A DNA stretch of 64,000 nucleotides from Thermoleophilia bacterium (GCA_009694305.1 SHVL01000003.1:1508-65507), one strand, 5' to 3'. Counted from the stretch's first letter, positions 54,233 to 63,940 are shown. The notes: generated from the sequence alone by a model not told the origin. A program made the numbers and translations.

Positions 54233-55847
54233 TGCGCTTCTCCAACGCCTCGCGAAGGTCGGCGAGCGGCCTTGCGCTCGCGACCCGGGGCACGGAATCG
54301 AAGTTGTGCGGCGGCGGCGGCGAGGTCGTGTACCACTCGAGCGTGTCCGCGAGCCAGGGGTCGTTACCCGCACGCGTACCGTTGTGGGCGCGGACGACCG
54401 CGAGCAGGAAGACCAGGACGCCGAAAGCGGTCACGAATGCCCCGACGGTCGAGATCAGGTTGTAGGCCGCCGTGCTGCCGTGGGCGCTGAAGCTCGCCGC
54501 GCCGCGCGGCTGACCCTGATCACCGAGCAGGAACCCGACGAAGAACGTGCAGTTGAATCCGACGAAGAGCGCGACGGCAGCGGCACGGGTGAGGCCGGTG
54601 TCGAGGAGCCGTCCGAAGATCTTGGGCCACCAGTAGACGATGCCGCCGAGCAGTGCGAGGAGCGCTGTGCCCCAGAGGAGATAGTGCGCGTGCGCAACGC
54701 CGAACGCTGTTCCGCGTAGGCCTCGATCGTTGCCGAAGACCGCGAGCACGAGGGCTGAGAGGATGCCGATTGCAAACAGGACGAGTGCGCCGCCCGCAAA
54801 GAGCAGCGGCGCCGTCCAGCGCAGCGACGACCGTGCCCTCCACAACGTGGTCTTGAGGAGCCCGAGCGCAACGACCGAGGGGACGGCGGCGAGGACGGCA
54901 AGGAGCAGCAGCAGCACGCTCGGCTTCTTGCCGACCCCGGTCGAGTACGCGTGATAGAGCACGAGCAGGACCGTCAGGCCGCCGATGCCGACAAGTGACT
55001 GCGCGAGCACGCGGGCATTCGCGATCGCCCTTCCTGCAAAGACGGCGACAATCTCCGCCAGGATGCCGAAAACCGGCACGAGTGCCGCATAGGCAAACGA
55101 CTGCCCGAAGAGCCAGATCACCTTCGGTTCGACCGCCCCGCCGTCGAGGAAGAAGTCGAACGAGCCGGCGAACTTTCGCTCGAGCAGGACAAGAACGAGT
55201 CCGACCGCTGCGACGGGTACGAGCACGAGTGTCAGCCACGACCAGACGTAGACGGCCCAGGTGAACATCGGCGTGTTCGGCCACCCCATTTCCTCGGCGC
55301 GCAGGGAACGAATCGTCGCGATCAGGTTCACCGCGGTAAGGACGAGCGAGAGGGCAAGGAGCAGTAACCCGATCAGCCAGAGGTCGGTGCCGCTGCCTTC
55401 CTGGGTGAGTGCGAGCGGTGGAAACGCTGTCCAACCGGCCTGTGATGCGCCGCCTCCGGCGAAGGCCGAGAGAACGACGGCGACACCGCCGAACACAAAC
55501 AGCCAGAGCCCGGTCGCGGCGGCACCCGGCATCGCAATGCGTCGGGCTCCGATCATCAGGGGGACGAGGTAGGTGGCGAGCCCCGTGACGGCCGGGAGGA
55601 GAACGAAGAAGACGAGCAGGGTGCCGTGCATGGTGAGAACGCCGCGGTACGTTCCACTCCCGAGGATCGAGGTGTCGGGGCGCGTGACCTGCAGTCGCAT
55701 GAGGAGCGTCAGGACGCCTGCGATCAGAAAGAAGACCCCCGCCCAGCCCAGGTACAGCGCGCCGATCCGTTTGTGATCGACCGATACCAGCCAGCTCACG
55801 ACGCGGCCGCGGTGCCACTCGGCTACCGGCTGGGTCTTGCTGCTCAT
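54222..55847 (-). CDS. Heme-copper oxidase subunit I family protein, divergent (CuB and channel residues substituted)
   Basis: It is collinear with CtaD as I recall it: WLVSVDHKRIG, TMHGTLLVFF, VAHAHYLLWG and the C-terminal PPPPHNFD. However, GHPEVY reads GQSFAY, WAHHMF reads LYHAYS, and PTGxK reads PSVVA. Confidence 0.75.
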   Translation of the reverse strand: MSSKTQPVAEWHRGRVVSWLVSVDHKRIGALYLGWAGVFFLIAGVLTLLMRLQVTRPDTSILGSGTYRGVLTMHGTLLVFFVLLPAVTGLATYLVPLMIGARRIAMPGAAATGLWLFVFGGVAVVLSAFAGGGASQAGWTAFPPLALTQEGSGTDLWLIGLLLLALSLVLTAVNLIATIRSLRAEEMGWPNTPMFTWAVYVWSWLTLVLVPVAAVGLVLVLLERKFAGSFDFFLDGGAVEPKVIWLFGQSFAYAALVPVFGILAEIVAVFAGRAIANARVLAQSLVGIGGLTVLLVLYHAYSTGVGKKPSVLLLLLAVLAAVPSVVALGLLKTTLWRARSSLRWTAPLLFAGGALVLFAIGILSALVLAVFGNDRGLRGTAFGVAHAHYLLWGTALLALLGGIVYWWPKIFGRLLDTGLTRAAAVALFVGFNCTFFVGFLLGDQGQPRGAASFSAHGSTAAYNLISTVGAFVTAFGVLVFLLAVVRAHNGTRAGNDPWLADTLEWYTTSPPPPHNFDSVPRVASARPLADLREALEKRNAL

Positions 55848-55902
55848 CGGAAGCTCCTCGTTGTCTCGCGGTCGAAATGCACTGAGGTGTCATTCTACGG
55901 GC

Positions 55903-56202
55903 ATGAGTGAGAACACCCGACAGCGAACCCGTGTTCACCTCCCCGCCGATGTGACCCGTCCCTTCGAGGTGTTCGTCAACGGCGTGCCCCAGAAGGAGGG
56001 ATCGGACTACGTCGTCCGCGACGGCTCACTCGTCTTCGAGCGGCCGATGAAGGAGGAAGGCAAGCTCGGGCTGATGCGGTGGACGGCAATCGCACTCGGT
56101 ATCGCAGGCTCGTACAGGCAGAACGACTCGGTTGACGTGGCCTACGAGCGGGACGGCCGTAAGGTCGTTGCGGCGAAGTTGCCCGTCGAGAACTGCGATT
56201 GA
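55903..56202 (+). CDS. 99-aa hypothetical protein
   Basis: The ORF has genome-typical codon bias. I chose the ATG at 55903. I recognise no motif. Confidence 0.4.
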   Translation: MSENTRQRTRVHLPADVTRPFEVFVNGVPQKEGSDYVVRDGSLVFERPMKEEGKLGLMRWTAIALGIAGSYRQNDSVDVAYERDGRKVVAAKLPVENCD

Positions 56203-56242
56203 CCTGACCCGGATCGGTGCCTCCGGCAGTAGGCTGACCGTC

Positions 56243-57220
56243 GTGGCCCGGGACAACAGCATCGTCGTCGAGAAGCTCGTACGGGAGTTCAGGAAGGGGC
56301 CGCGAGCGGTAGACGGGATCGACCTTCACGTGGCGCCCGGCGAGATCTACGGCTTCCTCGGCCCGAACGGGGCGGGCAAGTCCACCACCGTCCTGATGCT
56401 GACGACGCTGCTTCCGGCGACCACGGGTAGCGCCCGCGTGGGCGGATACGACATCCGTACCGAGGGGCCGAAGGTTCGCTCCGTGATCGGTGCGGCGCTG
56501 CAGGAGGCCGCTCTCGATCCCCTGTTGACGGGTCGTGACCACCTGAAGCTCCAGACGATGCTGCAGGCCGTCCCGAAGGCCGAGCGCAAGCCACGACAGA
56601 ACGAGCTTCTCGATCGGGTCGGCCTCACCGAGGCAGCCGACCGCAAGGTGCGCGGCTACTCGGGTGGCATGAAGCGCCGCCTCGACCTTGCACTCGCGCT
56701 CGTGCACCGGCCGAGCATCCTGTTCCTCGACGAGCCGACCACGGGCCTCGACCCACAGAGTCGCACCGCCCTCTGGGAAGAGGTCGCACGTCTCGCGCGC
56801 GAGGACAACGTGACCGTGTTCCTGACGACGCAGTACCTCGAGGAGGCAGACGTGCTCGCCGACCGGGTCGGGATCATCGACAACGGCCGGATCGTCGCGG
56901 AGGGAACCCCGGCGGCGTTGAAGGCGGAGATCGGCCGACCGTCGATTCACGTCACCCCCGTCCGTGACGACGACAGGTCAGTGATCACGGAGCTGCTCGG
57001 GCGCTTCGGTGAACCGCTCGGGAGCGAGCGCGACCTCGCTGTACGCCTGCGGGAGGGGTCAGGTCTCGTGGACGTGATCAGGGCCATGGACGCCGACGGG
57101 GTCGTCGTGGACGACATCGAGTTGCGTGCGCCAACACTCGACGACGTCTTTCTCGCCAAGACGGGGCGGACGCTCGAAGGAGCCGCGGCCGAGAAAACGG
57201 TCGCGCCGTCGGTTCGATGA
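56243..57220 (+). CDS. ABC transporter ATP-binding protein (DrrA/ABC-2 exporter type)
   Basis: It has Walker A GPNGAGKST, the signature YSGGMKRRL and Walker B ILFLDEPTTGLD. I chose the GTG start at 56243. Confidence 0.88.
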   Translation: MARDNSIVVEKLVREFRKGPRAVDGIDLHVAPGEIYGFLGPNGAGKSTTVLMLTTLLPATTGSARVGGYDIRTEGPKVRSVIGAALQEAALDPLLTGRDHLKLQTMLQAVPKAERKPRQNELLDRVGLTEAADRKVRGYSGGMKRRLDLALALVHRPSILFLDEPTTGLDPQSRTALWEEVARLAREDNVTVFLTTQYLEEADVLADRVGIIDNGRIVAEGTPAALKAEIGRPSIHVTPVRDDDRSVITELLGRFGEPLGSERDLAVRLREGSGLVDVIRAMDADGVVVDDIELRAPTLDDVFLAKTGRTLEGAAAEKTVAPSVR

Positions 57221-57996
57221 GCTCCCCCTTGTTGACGCAGGTCGGCGCACTCGCACAGCGCTCCGTCGTGCGGACCGCGCGTCAACCTGCAAGCGCGATC
57301 CCGCCGCTCGTCTTCCCGGTCTTGCTCCTGCTCGTGAACTCGGGGGGCCTCAAGGCCTCGACGTTGCTGCCGGGGTTTCCGACCGATTCGTTCCTTGCCT
57401 TCGCGCTCGCTGTCCCCTTCATCCAGGGTGCGCTCTTCTCCATGGTGAATGCCGGTACCGACCTCGCACGCGATATCCAGACCGGGTTCTTCTCGCGGCT
57501 CTCGCTGACGCCCGTGCGCGGATCGGCTCTGCTTGCAGGGCAGATAACCGGCATCGTCGTGCTCGGCATCGTGCAGGCGGTGTTCTACATCTCCGTCGGG
57601 CTTGTCCTCGGCGTCCGGTTCGCCGCAGGCCCGGCAGGCATCGCCCTCCTGCTCGTCTACGCAGCGCTCGTAGCCATCGCTTTCGGCGGGCTTGGCTCTT
57701 TCCTCGCCCTCCGTCTCGGCTCGTCGGAGTCGATCCAGGGGCTCTTTCCCGCGCTGTTCGTCTTCCTGTTCATCTCCTCGATGAACACGCCTCGCGACCT
57801 GATCGCCGTCTCCTGGTTCCGGTTTCTCGCCACGATCAACCCCGTCTCCTACCTGATCGAATGTGTCCGCAGCCTCATCATCACCGGCTGGGACACGAGG
57901 GCGCTCGTGCTCGGCTTTGGCTTCGCGACCCTGATCGCGATCGCGTCGCTCGGTGCTGCGAGCTGGGCCCTCGGACGCAGGATGGAGCGCACATGA
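57217..57996 (+). CDS. ABC-2 type transporter permease
   Basis: This is a six-TM hydrophobic protein. ATGA overlap with the ATPase gene. Confidence 0.8.
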   Translation: MSSPLLTQVGALAQRSVVRTARQPASAIPPLVFPVLLLLVNSGGLKASTLLPGFPTDSFLAFALAVPFIQGALFSMVNAGTDLARDIQTGFFSRLSLTPVRGSALLAGQITGIVVLGIVQAVFYISVGLVLGVRFAAGPAGIALLLVYAALVAIAFGGLGSFLALRLGSSESIQGLFPALFVFLFISSMNTPRDLIAVSWFRFLATINPVSYLIECVRSLIITGWDTRALVLGFGFATLIAIASLGAASWALGRRMERT

Positions 57997-58760
57997 GGCT
58001 CCGGGGCGTGATCGCGGGTGTTGCCTGGCGGATGCTGAAGAACGTGGTCACGACGCCGTCGATCCTCCTGCCGTCGTTGCTGTTCCCGCTCCTCTTCTTC
58101 GTCGCCTTCGCGGGTGGGCTCTCCCAGGTACAGAACGTGCCGGGCTTCGACTACCCGAACGGCTACACGGCCTTCCAGTTCGTCTTCGTCCTGCTGCAGG
58201 CAGCGGCTTTCGGAGGCGTCTTCACGGGCTTCGCTATCGCACGTGACTTCGAGGGCGGCTTCGGCCGCCGGCTGATGCTCGCGTCGCCGAACCGGCTCGG
58301 CATCGTGCTCGGGTACGGCGTCGCGGCGGTTTTTCGCTGGGTCATCACGGCGATGCTCTTGACGGTCGTGGCCCTCGCCTTCGGGATGCAGGTCGGGGGC
58401 GGCCCCGTTGACCTCGTTGCGCTCTACACGCTCGCGTTGATCATCAACGTCTGCGGTTTTCTCTGGTCGGCCGGGATCGCCATGCGGATACGGACGATGC
58501 AGGCGGCGCCGCTGATGCAGATGCCCGTTTTCCTTCTTCTCTTCCTTGCCCCGGTCTACGTGCCGCTGTCGCTTCTCGGAGGGACGTTGCACGCCGTTGC
58601 GAGATTCAACCCCGTCACCTACGCCCTCGGGACAGGCAGAGGCCTCCTGGCCGGTGACGCGACCCAGGTCGGACTGAGCTTCGGCCTGGCGCTCGTCCTC
58701 GTAGTTGTCTTCTCGGTCTGGGCGCTGCGTGGGCTGCGCTCTGCCGAGGCCGCCGGGTAG
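57993..58760 (+). CDS. ABC-2 type transporter permease (second)
   Basis: It is hydrophobic, paralogous in layout to the preceding permease, and joined by an ATGA overlap. Confidence 0.8.
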   Translation: MRLRGVIAGVAWRMLKNVVTTPSILLPSLLFPLLFFVAFAGGLSQVQNVPGFDYPNGYTAFQFVFVLLQAAAFGGVFTGFAIARDFEGGFGRRLMLASPNRLGIVLGYGVAAVFRWVITAMLLTVVALAFGMQVGGGPVDLVALYTLALIINVCGFLWSAGIAMRIRTMQAAPLMQMPVFLLLFLAPVYVPLSLLGGTLHAVARFNPVTYALGTGRGLLAGDATQVGLSFGLALVLVVVFSVWALRGLRSAEAAG

Positions 58761-58780
58761 GGGGCCGACCCAGGTAGGAG

Positions 58781-59827
58781 ATGTCGGCGGGGGCGTCGAA
58801 TCCTCCATCCATGAGGTGCAGGGTCTTTCTCGTGCTCGTGGCATGCGCCCTGGTCATTCCCGGCACCGCAGGTGCAGGCGTCCGGGTCTGGTTCGCAAGC
58901 GGTGGGAAGCCGTTCTCCGTCGTCCGAAGTGGGGCGACGATCGAAGCCGCCGTCCGGCAGTTGCTTGCCGGCCCGACACCGCTCGAGCAGGGCCGCGGCC
59001 TGCGCTCGGCCATCCCGCGGAGCACCACCCTTCTTGGCGTCAAGAGCGTGCGGCGCGTCGTTACCGTCGATCTCGGGGCGCGGTTTGCCGCGGGCCGCGA
59101 TCAGGAGGCGCTCCGGGGCCGCATAGACCAGCTCGTCCGCACGGTACGCAGCATTCCCGGTGTTGTCTCCGTCCGGGTGCTCGTCGAGGGAGGGGTTCCC
59201 GTCGGGATCTTCCCGGGCTACGACCTCCGCCGTCCGCTGACGGCTCCTCTCGAGAGGAGGGTTACGCCCCCACCGACGGCGCGCGAGTTGCAGCAGCGGC
59301 TCTGGGATCTCGGTTTCATGACGCCCGCGGGGCTGACCGGCGTCGTTGACGTCCAGACATCTACCGCACTCATCGGCTTCCAGAAGTGGTCGAATCTGGA
59401 GAGGGACGGCGCGCTCGGCGCGACAACGGTCGAGGCGCTCCTGCGGGCGACCAGGCCCGTGCCTGCACTGCGGGCTCCGGGTAAGCGAATCGAGGTACAG
59501 GTGCGTCGCCAGGTGGCGCTCCTGATCGAGAACAACCGGGTCGTCCGGGTAGTGCACATCTCATCGGGGGCAGGCGGGAAGACGCCTCTCGGCTCGTTCC
59601 ACATCGCCCGCAAGGAACGGTACTCGTGGTCGGTGCCGTTCAGCGTCTGGCTTCCCTGGGCGAGCTACTTCACCGGTGGTATCGCGTTCCACGAGTACCC
59701 GTCCGTCCCCACCTACGCTGCATCGCACGGCTGCGTCAGGGTGAACCACTACGACGCTCCTACGTTGTTCGAGTTCGCCGAGATGGGCACGCGTGTCGAT
59801 GTCTTAGACGAGGCGGGTGCCGCGTGA
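58781..59827 (+). CDS. L,D-transpeptidase with GerMN-like and peptidoglycan-binding domains
   Basis: It has a signal peptide, a GerMN-like region (AVRQLLAGPTPLEQGRGLRSAIP), a PG_binding_1-like region (LQQRLWDLGF...LERDGALG) and the YkuD catalytic motif SHGCVRV. The start is uncertain (58781 or 58811). Confidence 0.8.
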   Translation: MSAGASNPPSMRCRVFLVLVACALVIPGTAGAGVRVWFASGGKPFSVVRSGATIEAAVRQLLAGPTPLEQGRGLRSAIPRSTTLLGVKSVRRVVTVDLGARFAAGRDQEALRGRIDQLVRTVRSIPGVVSVRVLVEGGVPVGIFPGYDLRRPLTAPLERRVTPPPTARELQQRLWDLGFMTPAGLTGVVDVQTSTALIGFQKWSNLERDGALGATTVEALLRATRPVPALRAPGKRIEVQVRRQVALLIENNRVVRVVHISSGAGGKTPLGSFHIARKERYSWSVPFSVWLPWASYFTGGIAFHEYPSVPTYAASHGCVRVNHYDAPTLFEFAEMGTRVDVLDEAGAA

Positions 59828-60702
59828 CCCCTCGTTCGGCAGCCGGCGCGTTTGCCGCAGCATTCGGCATCGTCGCAGGACTCGTCGGAACGGTGACGGT
59901 GGCGGCGGCCGTCCTCGTTGCGCTCGGGCTTCCGTCACAGAGCCGCGCCGACGACGTGCTTCCGGTCTTGGCTCCTCTTCCTCGCCCCGGTACCCTGGTG
60001 GTTGCGCTCGATCTGCGCGACCCCGTCCGGCAGGCCGGGGTCGTGCGAGACGGTGAGGTGATCCTCGCGCGTGGACTCGAGGTGGACATTGCACGCGAGA
60101 TCGCCAGACGGGTTGGTGTGCCGCGCGTCCGCTTCGTCTATGTCAGACCGGCCTCCCGCCTCCTCGCTGCCAGGGTTCCCCCGTGGAACATCGTGATCGG
60201 GTCGATCCGTGCCACGAGGGAGTCGTCGAGGACTGCCGATCTCAGCGATCCCTATCTCTCGACCGACCAGGGCGTCGTGCTGCGGCGCAGCCTGCCACCC
60301 CTCCAGACGCTCGAGGAGCTGAGGACGTATAGGACGTGCGCTCTCCGTGGTAGTGATGGCTCAGGAGCGCTCGCAGCCGTCGTGCAGCCGGTTCTGCGCC
60401 CGATCCTGACCTCCTCTACCACGCGCCTCTTTCAGCTCGTTCAGACCGGGGTCTGCGATGCGGCCCTCGTCGATGCCGACGGTATCGGACGCTTTGCCGC
60501 AGGCCGTGGAGGCCTGCTCGGCCCCATCGCGGCACGGGTCGAGTTCGGCACCGGATACGTGGTTGCCGTGACTCGGGGCGGCCCGATCGCAGTCGAGGAG
60601 GTCGGGCGGGCACTCCGCATGATGCAGGCAGACGGAACGATGCACCGACTCACGCAGGCGTGGCTGCAGATCGATCCTGCGCGCCTCCACGTCCTTCGTT
60701 GA
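59824..60702 (+). CDS. Family-3 solute-binding protein-like (amino-acid ABC type) lipoprotein/secreted protein
   Basis: It has an N-terminal TM/signal, then SBP_bac_3-like segments (LVVALDL.., DIAREIARRVG, DLSDPY, DAALVD). The GTG start overlaps the upstream stop. Confidence 0.6.
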   Translation: MTPRSAAGAFAAAFGIVAGLVGTVTVAAAVLVALGLPSQSRADDVLPVLAPLPRPGTLVVALDLRDPVRQAGVVRDGEVILARGLEVDIAREIARRVGVPRVRFVYVRPASRLLAARVPPWNIVIGSIRATRESSRTADLSDPYLSTDQGVVLRRSLPPLQTLEELRTYRTCALRGSDGSGALAAVVQPVLRPILTSSTTRLFQLVQTGVCDAALVDADGIGRFAAGRGGLLGPIAARVEFGTGYVVAVTRGGPIAVEEVGRALRMMQADGTMHRLTQAWLQIDPARLHVLR

Positions 60703-60747
60703 GTCGATTCTCGACGCGCGCAGCGATCGCGCCAGCGAGGGACATCA

Positions 60748-61362
60748 TCAGCCTTCGCCGGTGACGGTGATCTCGTTCACGGCGGCGGCGCCTCCGGGCG
60801 GCATGGAGGTGATCCACACCATCAGGTAGCGGGCAGGCCGGGGGCGCAGGACGAATATCGTCCGCTCCCTCGTCACCTGTGTCTTCGAGACCGCGACGAA
60901 GGGCCCGGCCGGCGAGTCCCCGACGCGAATCTCCGCGTCGTACCCCGGGGTCTCGGAGCTGACGACCGCACGCGACGCCTTCACGGGCTTGCCGGCGTCT
61001 ACGACGAGGCCGACCCCCGTCTTGCTGAAGGTGCCCCGGTACCGCTCGCTCTTCCAGGCGGTTGCCGGCTTTCCGTCGGTTGCGAGCACCGCCTCGCCGT
61101 CGTTCTCGGATCGGTCTCCGTCAGGGTCGTAGGCACCGACGCCGGTCACGGCGATGCGGACGCGGGGGGCGGGGGCCGGAGTCGGGCCGGGCGTCGTCTC
61201 GGTCGTGGCCAGCGGCACCGTCTGGACCCGGATGCCATTCCCCCGGCTGCCCGAGAGCACGATCACCGAGAGGCCGCCGAGAAACGCGATCAGCGCACCC
61301 GCGGCGACGAGCCGTGTGGTCATGGATCGGTGCGGGCGGGCGCTTGTCTCGGAGCGGGGCAT
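60748..61362 (-). CDS. Membrane-anchored protein with C-terminal discoidin/F5-8-type-C-like domain
   Basis: It has a TM (LVAAGALIAFLGGLSVIVL), a Pro/Thr linker, then AYDPDGDRSENDGEAVLATDGKPATAW...YLMVWITS...NEITVTG. The start is uncertain (61362 or 61323). Confidence 0.45.
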   Translation of the reverse strand: MPRSETSARPHRSMTTRLVAAGALIAFLGGLSVIVLSGSRGNGIRVQTVPLATTETTPGPTPAPAPRVRIAVTGVGAYDPDGDRSENDGEAVLATDGKPATAWKSERYRGTFSKTGVGLVVDAGKPVKASRAVVSSETPGYDAEIRVGDSPAGPFVAVSKTQVTRERTIFVLRPRPARYLMVWITSMPPGGAAAVNEITVTGEG

Positions 61363-61417
61363 GGCCCTATCTTTACACCCGCAGCGGGTGTGCCACTCTT
61401 CACGGCTGTAGTGTCGT

Positions 61418-63463
61418 GTGATCGCCGCATCGGTTTCCGATCTCCTGGTTCGCACAACCTGCCCTCGTGACTGTTACGACGCGTGCGGTGTGCTCGTCGC
61501 CGTGCGCGACGGCGAGATCCGCCACGTGCGTGGTGATCCAGACCATCACGTCAGCCGGGGAAAGCTCTGCACGAAATGTTCGATCGCCTACAACGGGGTG
61601 CTCCGTGACAGTGAGGCGCGGCTGACGCAACCGCTGCGTCGGGTGGGGCCGAAGGGGTCAGGGCGGTTCGAGCCGGTCTCCTGGGACGAGGCTCTCGGCG
61701 AGATAGCTGCCAGGCTCGGCGGCATCGTGGCCGGCCCGGGGCCGGCCACGATCCTGAATACCCATTACACGGGTACCTGCGCGCTTCTCGGCATGACGTT
61801 TCCGCAGCGATTCTTCAACCGGCTCGGCGCCACAGAGGTCGATCCCGACACGATCTGCAACAAGGCAGGGTACGAGGCGCTCTCCTATCTCTACGGGGAA
61901 TCGGATGAGGGGTTCGACCCCGAGACGGCGAACGCTGCACACTGCATTCTCGTCTGGGGTGCCAACCCGTCGGCGTCGGCGCCCCACCAGCACGAGCACT
62001 GGCTCGCGGATGCGCCGGGAACGGTTGTCGTCGTTGATCCGATCCGAACACCGACCGCGGCGGCAGCCGATCTTCACCTGCAGCCATTCCCGGGCTCGGA
62101 CGCGGCGCTCGCCTTTGCGTTTGCCCACGTCCTGCGGCGCGACGGCCTTGTCGATCGCGATTTCGTCGCCGCACACACATCTGGCTTCGACGAGCTCGAG
62201 CCGCTTCTCGAGCCGTGCACGCCGGAGTGGGGGGAGGAGACGACGGGTGTGCCGGCTGCGTTGATCGAGCGTGCGGCGCAGGCGTACGGAGCCGGGCCGT
62301 CACTCCTGTGGCTCGGCCAGGGGTTCCAGCGCCAACCACGCGGTGGCAACGCGTTGCGGGCCGTCGCGACGCTGCCCGCGTTGACCGGGAATCTCGGACG
62401 ACCCGGGTCGGGCTGGGCGTACGTCACCGGATCCGGGTCGCGCAGGATTGACGACGCGTATCTGGCTGCAGGCCATCTGCTCACCGACGCCCCGCCGTCG
62501 GTGAGTCAGATGGACCTTGCAGACGTGCTCACCGACCCCACGCGGGCGCAGGCGATCTTCTGCTGGAACATCAATATCGCGGCATCAAATCCCCGCCTCG
62601 GTGACCTCCGACGTGCGCTCGAGCGAGACGATCTACTCACGGTCGTGATCGACCTGTTCCAGACCGACACCGCCGATCTCGCCGACTACGTGCTCCCGGC
62701 ATCGAGCTTCCTCGAGTCGGACGACCTCGTCTGCTCGTACTTTCACCACACGTTGTCGGCACAGGTCAAGGCGGCCGAACCACCGGGCGAGGGCCTCCCG
62801 AACAGCGAGATCTTCCGTCGCCTTGCGGCGTGCATGGGATATGTGGAGCCGGAGCTGTACGAGAGAGACCGCGACGTCATCGACGGGTTGCTGCAGCGAA
62901 CGGGCTTTGGCATCGGCTGGGACGACCTCAAGCGCTCCGGCACCGTGCGGCTCTATCCCGAGCCGAGGCTGCAGTTTGCCGACCTCGCCTTCGCCACGCC
63001 GAGCGGCCGCATCGAGATCGCCTCCGAGGTAGCCGTGGCTGCAGGCCAGCCGCGGGTCGCGGAACCGTGGCATGACGAGCTTCCCGCCCGGGGTCGCTTG
63101 CGTCTTCTCTCCCCGGCCTCCCCGTGGGCGCTCAACTCGAGCTTTGCGAACGACCCTCGAATCGCCAGAAAGCTCGGGCCGCCGACTGTGACCCTGCACC
63201 CGGACGATGCTTCGGCCCGCGGCCTCGCCGACGGCGATCGCGCCGCTCTTGAGACCCCGACCGGCCGCCTGTGTGCCCGTGTCGTCACCGATCCACTCTC
63301 TCTCAGAGGCGTCGCCTACTGTCCCAAGGGGCACTGGCCCAAGCTCACAGCCGACAACGCGAACGTCAACACCCTCAATCCCGGCGACGCAGCGGACATG
63401 GCCCGTTCGACTGCCGTGCACGGGGTGGAGGTGACGGTTGCTCCGTTTGTCGAGCGCCCGTGA
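61418..63463 (+). CDS. Molybdopterin (bis-MGD) oxidoreductase, MopB superfamily
   Basis: The N-terminal CPRDCYDACGVLV...KLCTKC is a 4Fe-4S motif. A molybdopterin domain and a C-terminal MopB_CT-like beta barrel follow. The substrate is unknown. Confidence 0.85.
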   Translation: MIAASVSDLLVRTTCPRDCYDACGVLVAVRDGEIRHVRGDPDHHVSRGKLCTKCSIAYNGVLRDSEARLTQPLRRVGPKGSGRFEPVSWDEALGEIAARLGGIVAGPGPATILNTHYTGTCALLGMTFPQRFFNRLGATEVDPDTICNKAGYEALSYLYGESDEGFDPETANAAHCILVWGANPSASAPHQHEHWLADAPGTVVVVDPIRTPTAAAADLHLQPFPGSDAALAFAFAHVLRRDGLVDRDFVAAHTSGFDELEPLLEPCTPEWGEETTGVPAALIERAAQAYGAGPSLLWLGQGFQRQPRGGNALRAVATLPALTGNLGRPGSGWAYVTGSGSRRIDDAYLAAGHLLTDAPPSVSQMDLADVLTDPTRAQAIFCWNINIAASNPRLGDLRRALERDDLLTVVIDLFQTDTADLADYVLPASSFLESDDLVCSYFHHTLSAQVKAAEPPGEGLPNSEIFRRLAACMGYVEPELYERDRDVIDGLLQRTGFGIGWDDLKRSGTVRLYPEPRLQFADLAFATPSGRIEIASEVAVAAGQPRVAEPWHDELPARGRLRLLSPASPWALNSSFANDPRIARKLGPPTVTLHPDDASARGLADGDRAALETPTGRLCARVVTDPLSLRGVAYCPKGHWPKLTADNANVNTLNPGDAADMARSTAVHGVEVTVAPFVERP

Positions 63464-63466
63464 TCT

Positions 63467-63940
63467 CTAACCGCGCACGAGCGCCGCATTGATCGCAGCG
63501 ATCGTCTTCGGTCCGGCGACGCCGTCGGCTGTGAGGCCACTGGCCGTCTGGAAGGCGGCCACGGCCTCGGTCGTTGCAGTGCCGTACCCGCCGTCCGCAG
63601 TTCCGGGCGCATAGCCGAGCGCAGTGAGTGCCGTTTGCAAGGCGGCCACGGAGGATGAGCCCGTCATGCCGGGACGTAGCGTCGTGTCGGCCGGGACAGC
63701 AGCCGGGTTCGTTGTCGGAGTCGTCTCGGCCGGCGTCGTCGTTGTCGTCGTCGGGGTTGTCTCGGCCGGCGTTGTGACGACGGGAGTCACCGGGACCTCG
63801 GAGACTGCGGTGACCGTCACGACGGTCGTGCTCGAGTCCTTCGTCGTGCGGCCCACGACAAAGCCGGCGAGCACGAGGAAGACGGCGACGATGACCGCGA
63901 GCACGATCCCGGCATGGCGTCGGCCGATGTCCCGTGACAC
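63467..63940 (-). CDS. Membrane-anchored peptidoglycan-binding (PG_binding_1) protein with Thr/Pro-rich linker
   Basis: It has a TM, a repeated linker (TTPAETTPTT twice) and a C-terminal VAALQTALTALGY...DGGYG..T..AV..FQ...GL..DG..G..T. The reading frame stays open upstream to the window edge, so the true start may lie beyond 64000. Confidence 0.7.
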   Translation of the reverse strand: MSRDIGRRHAGIVLAVIVAVFLVLAGFVVGRTTKDSSTTVVTVTAVSEVPVTPVVTTPAETTPTTTTTTPAETTPTTNPAAVPADTTLRPGMTGSSSVAALQTALTALGYAPGTADGGYGTATTEAVAAFQTASGLTADGVAGPKTIAAINAALVRG

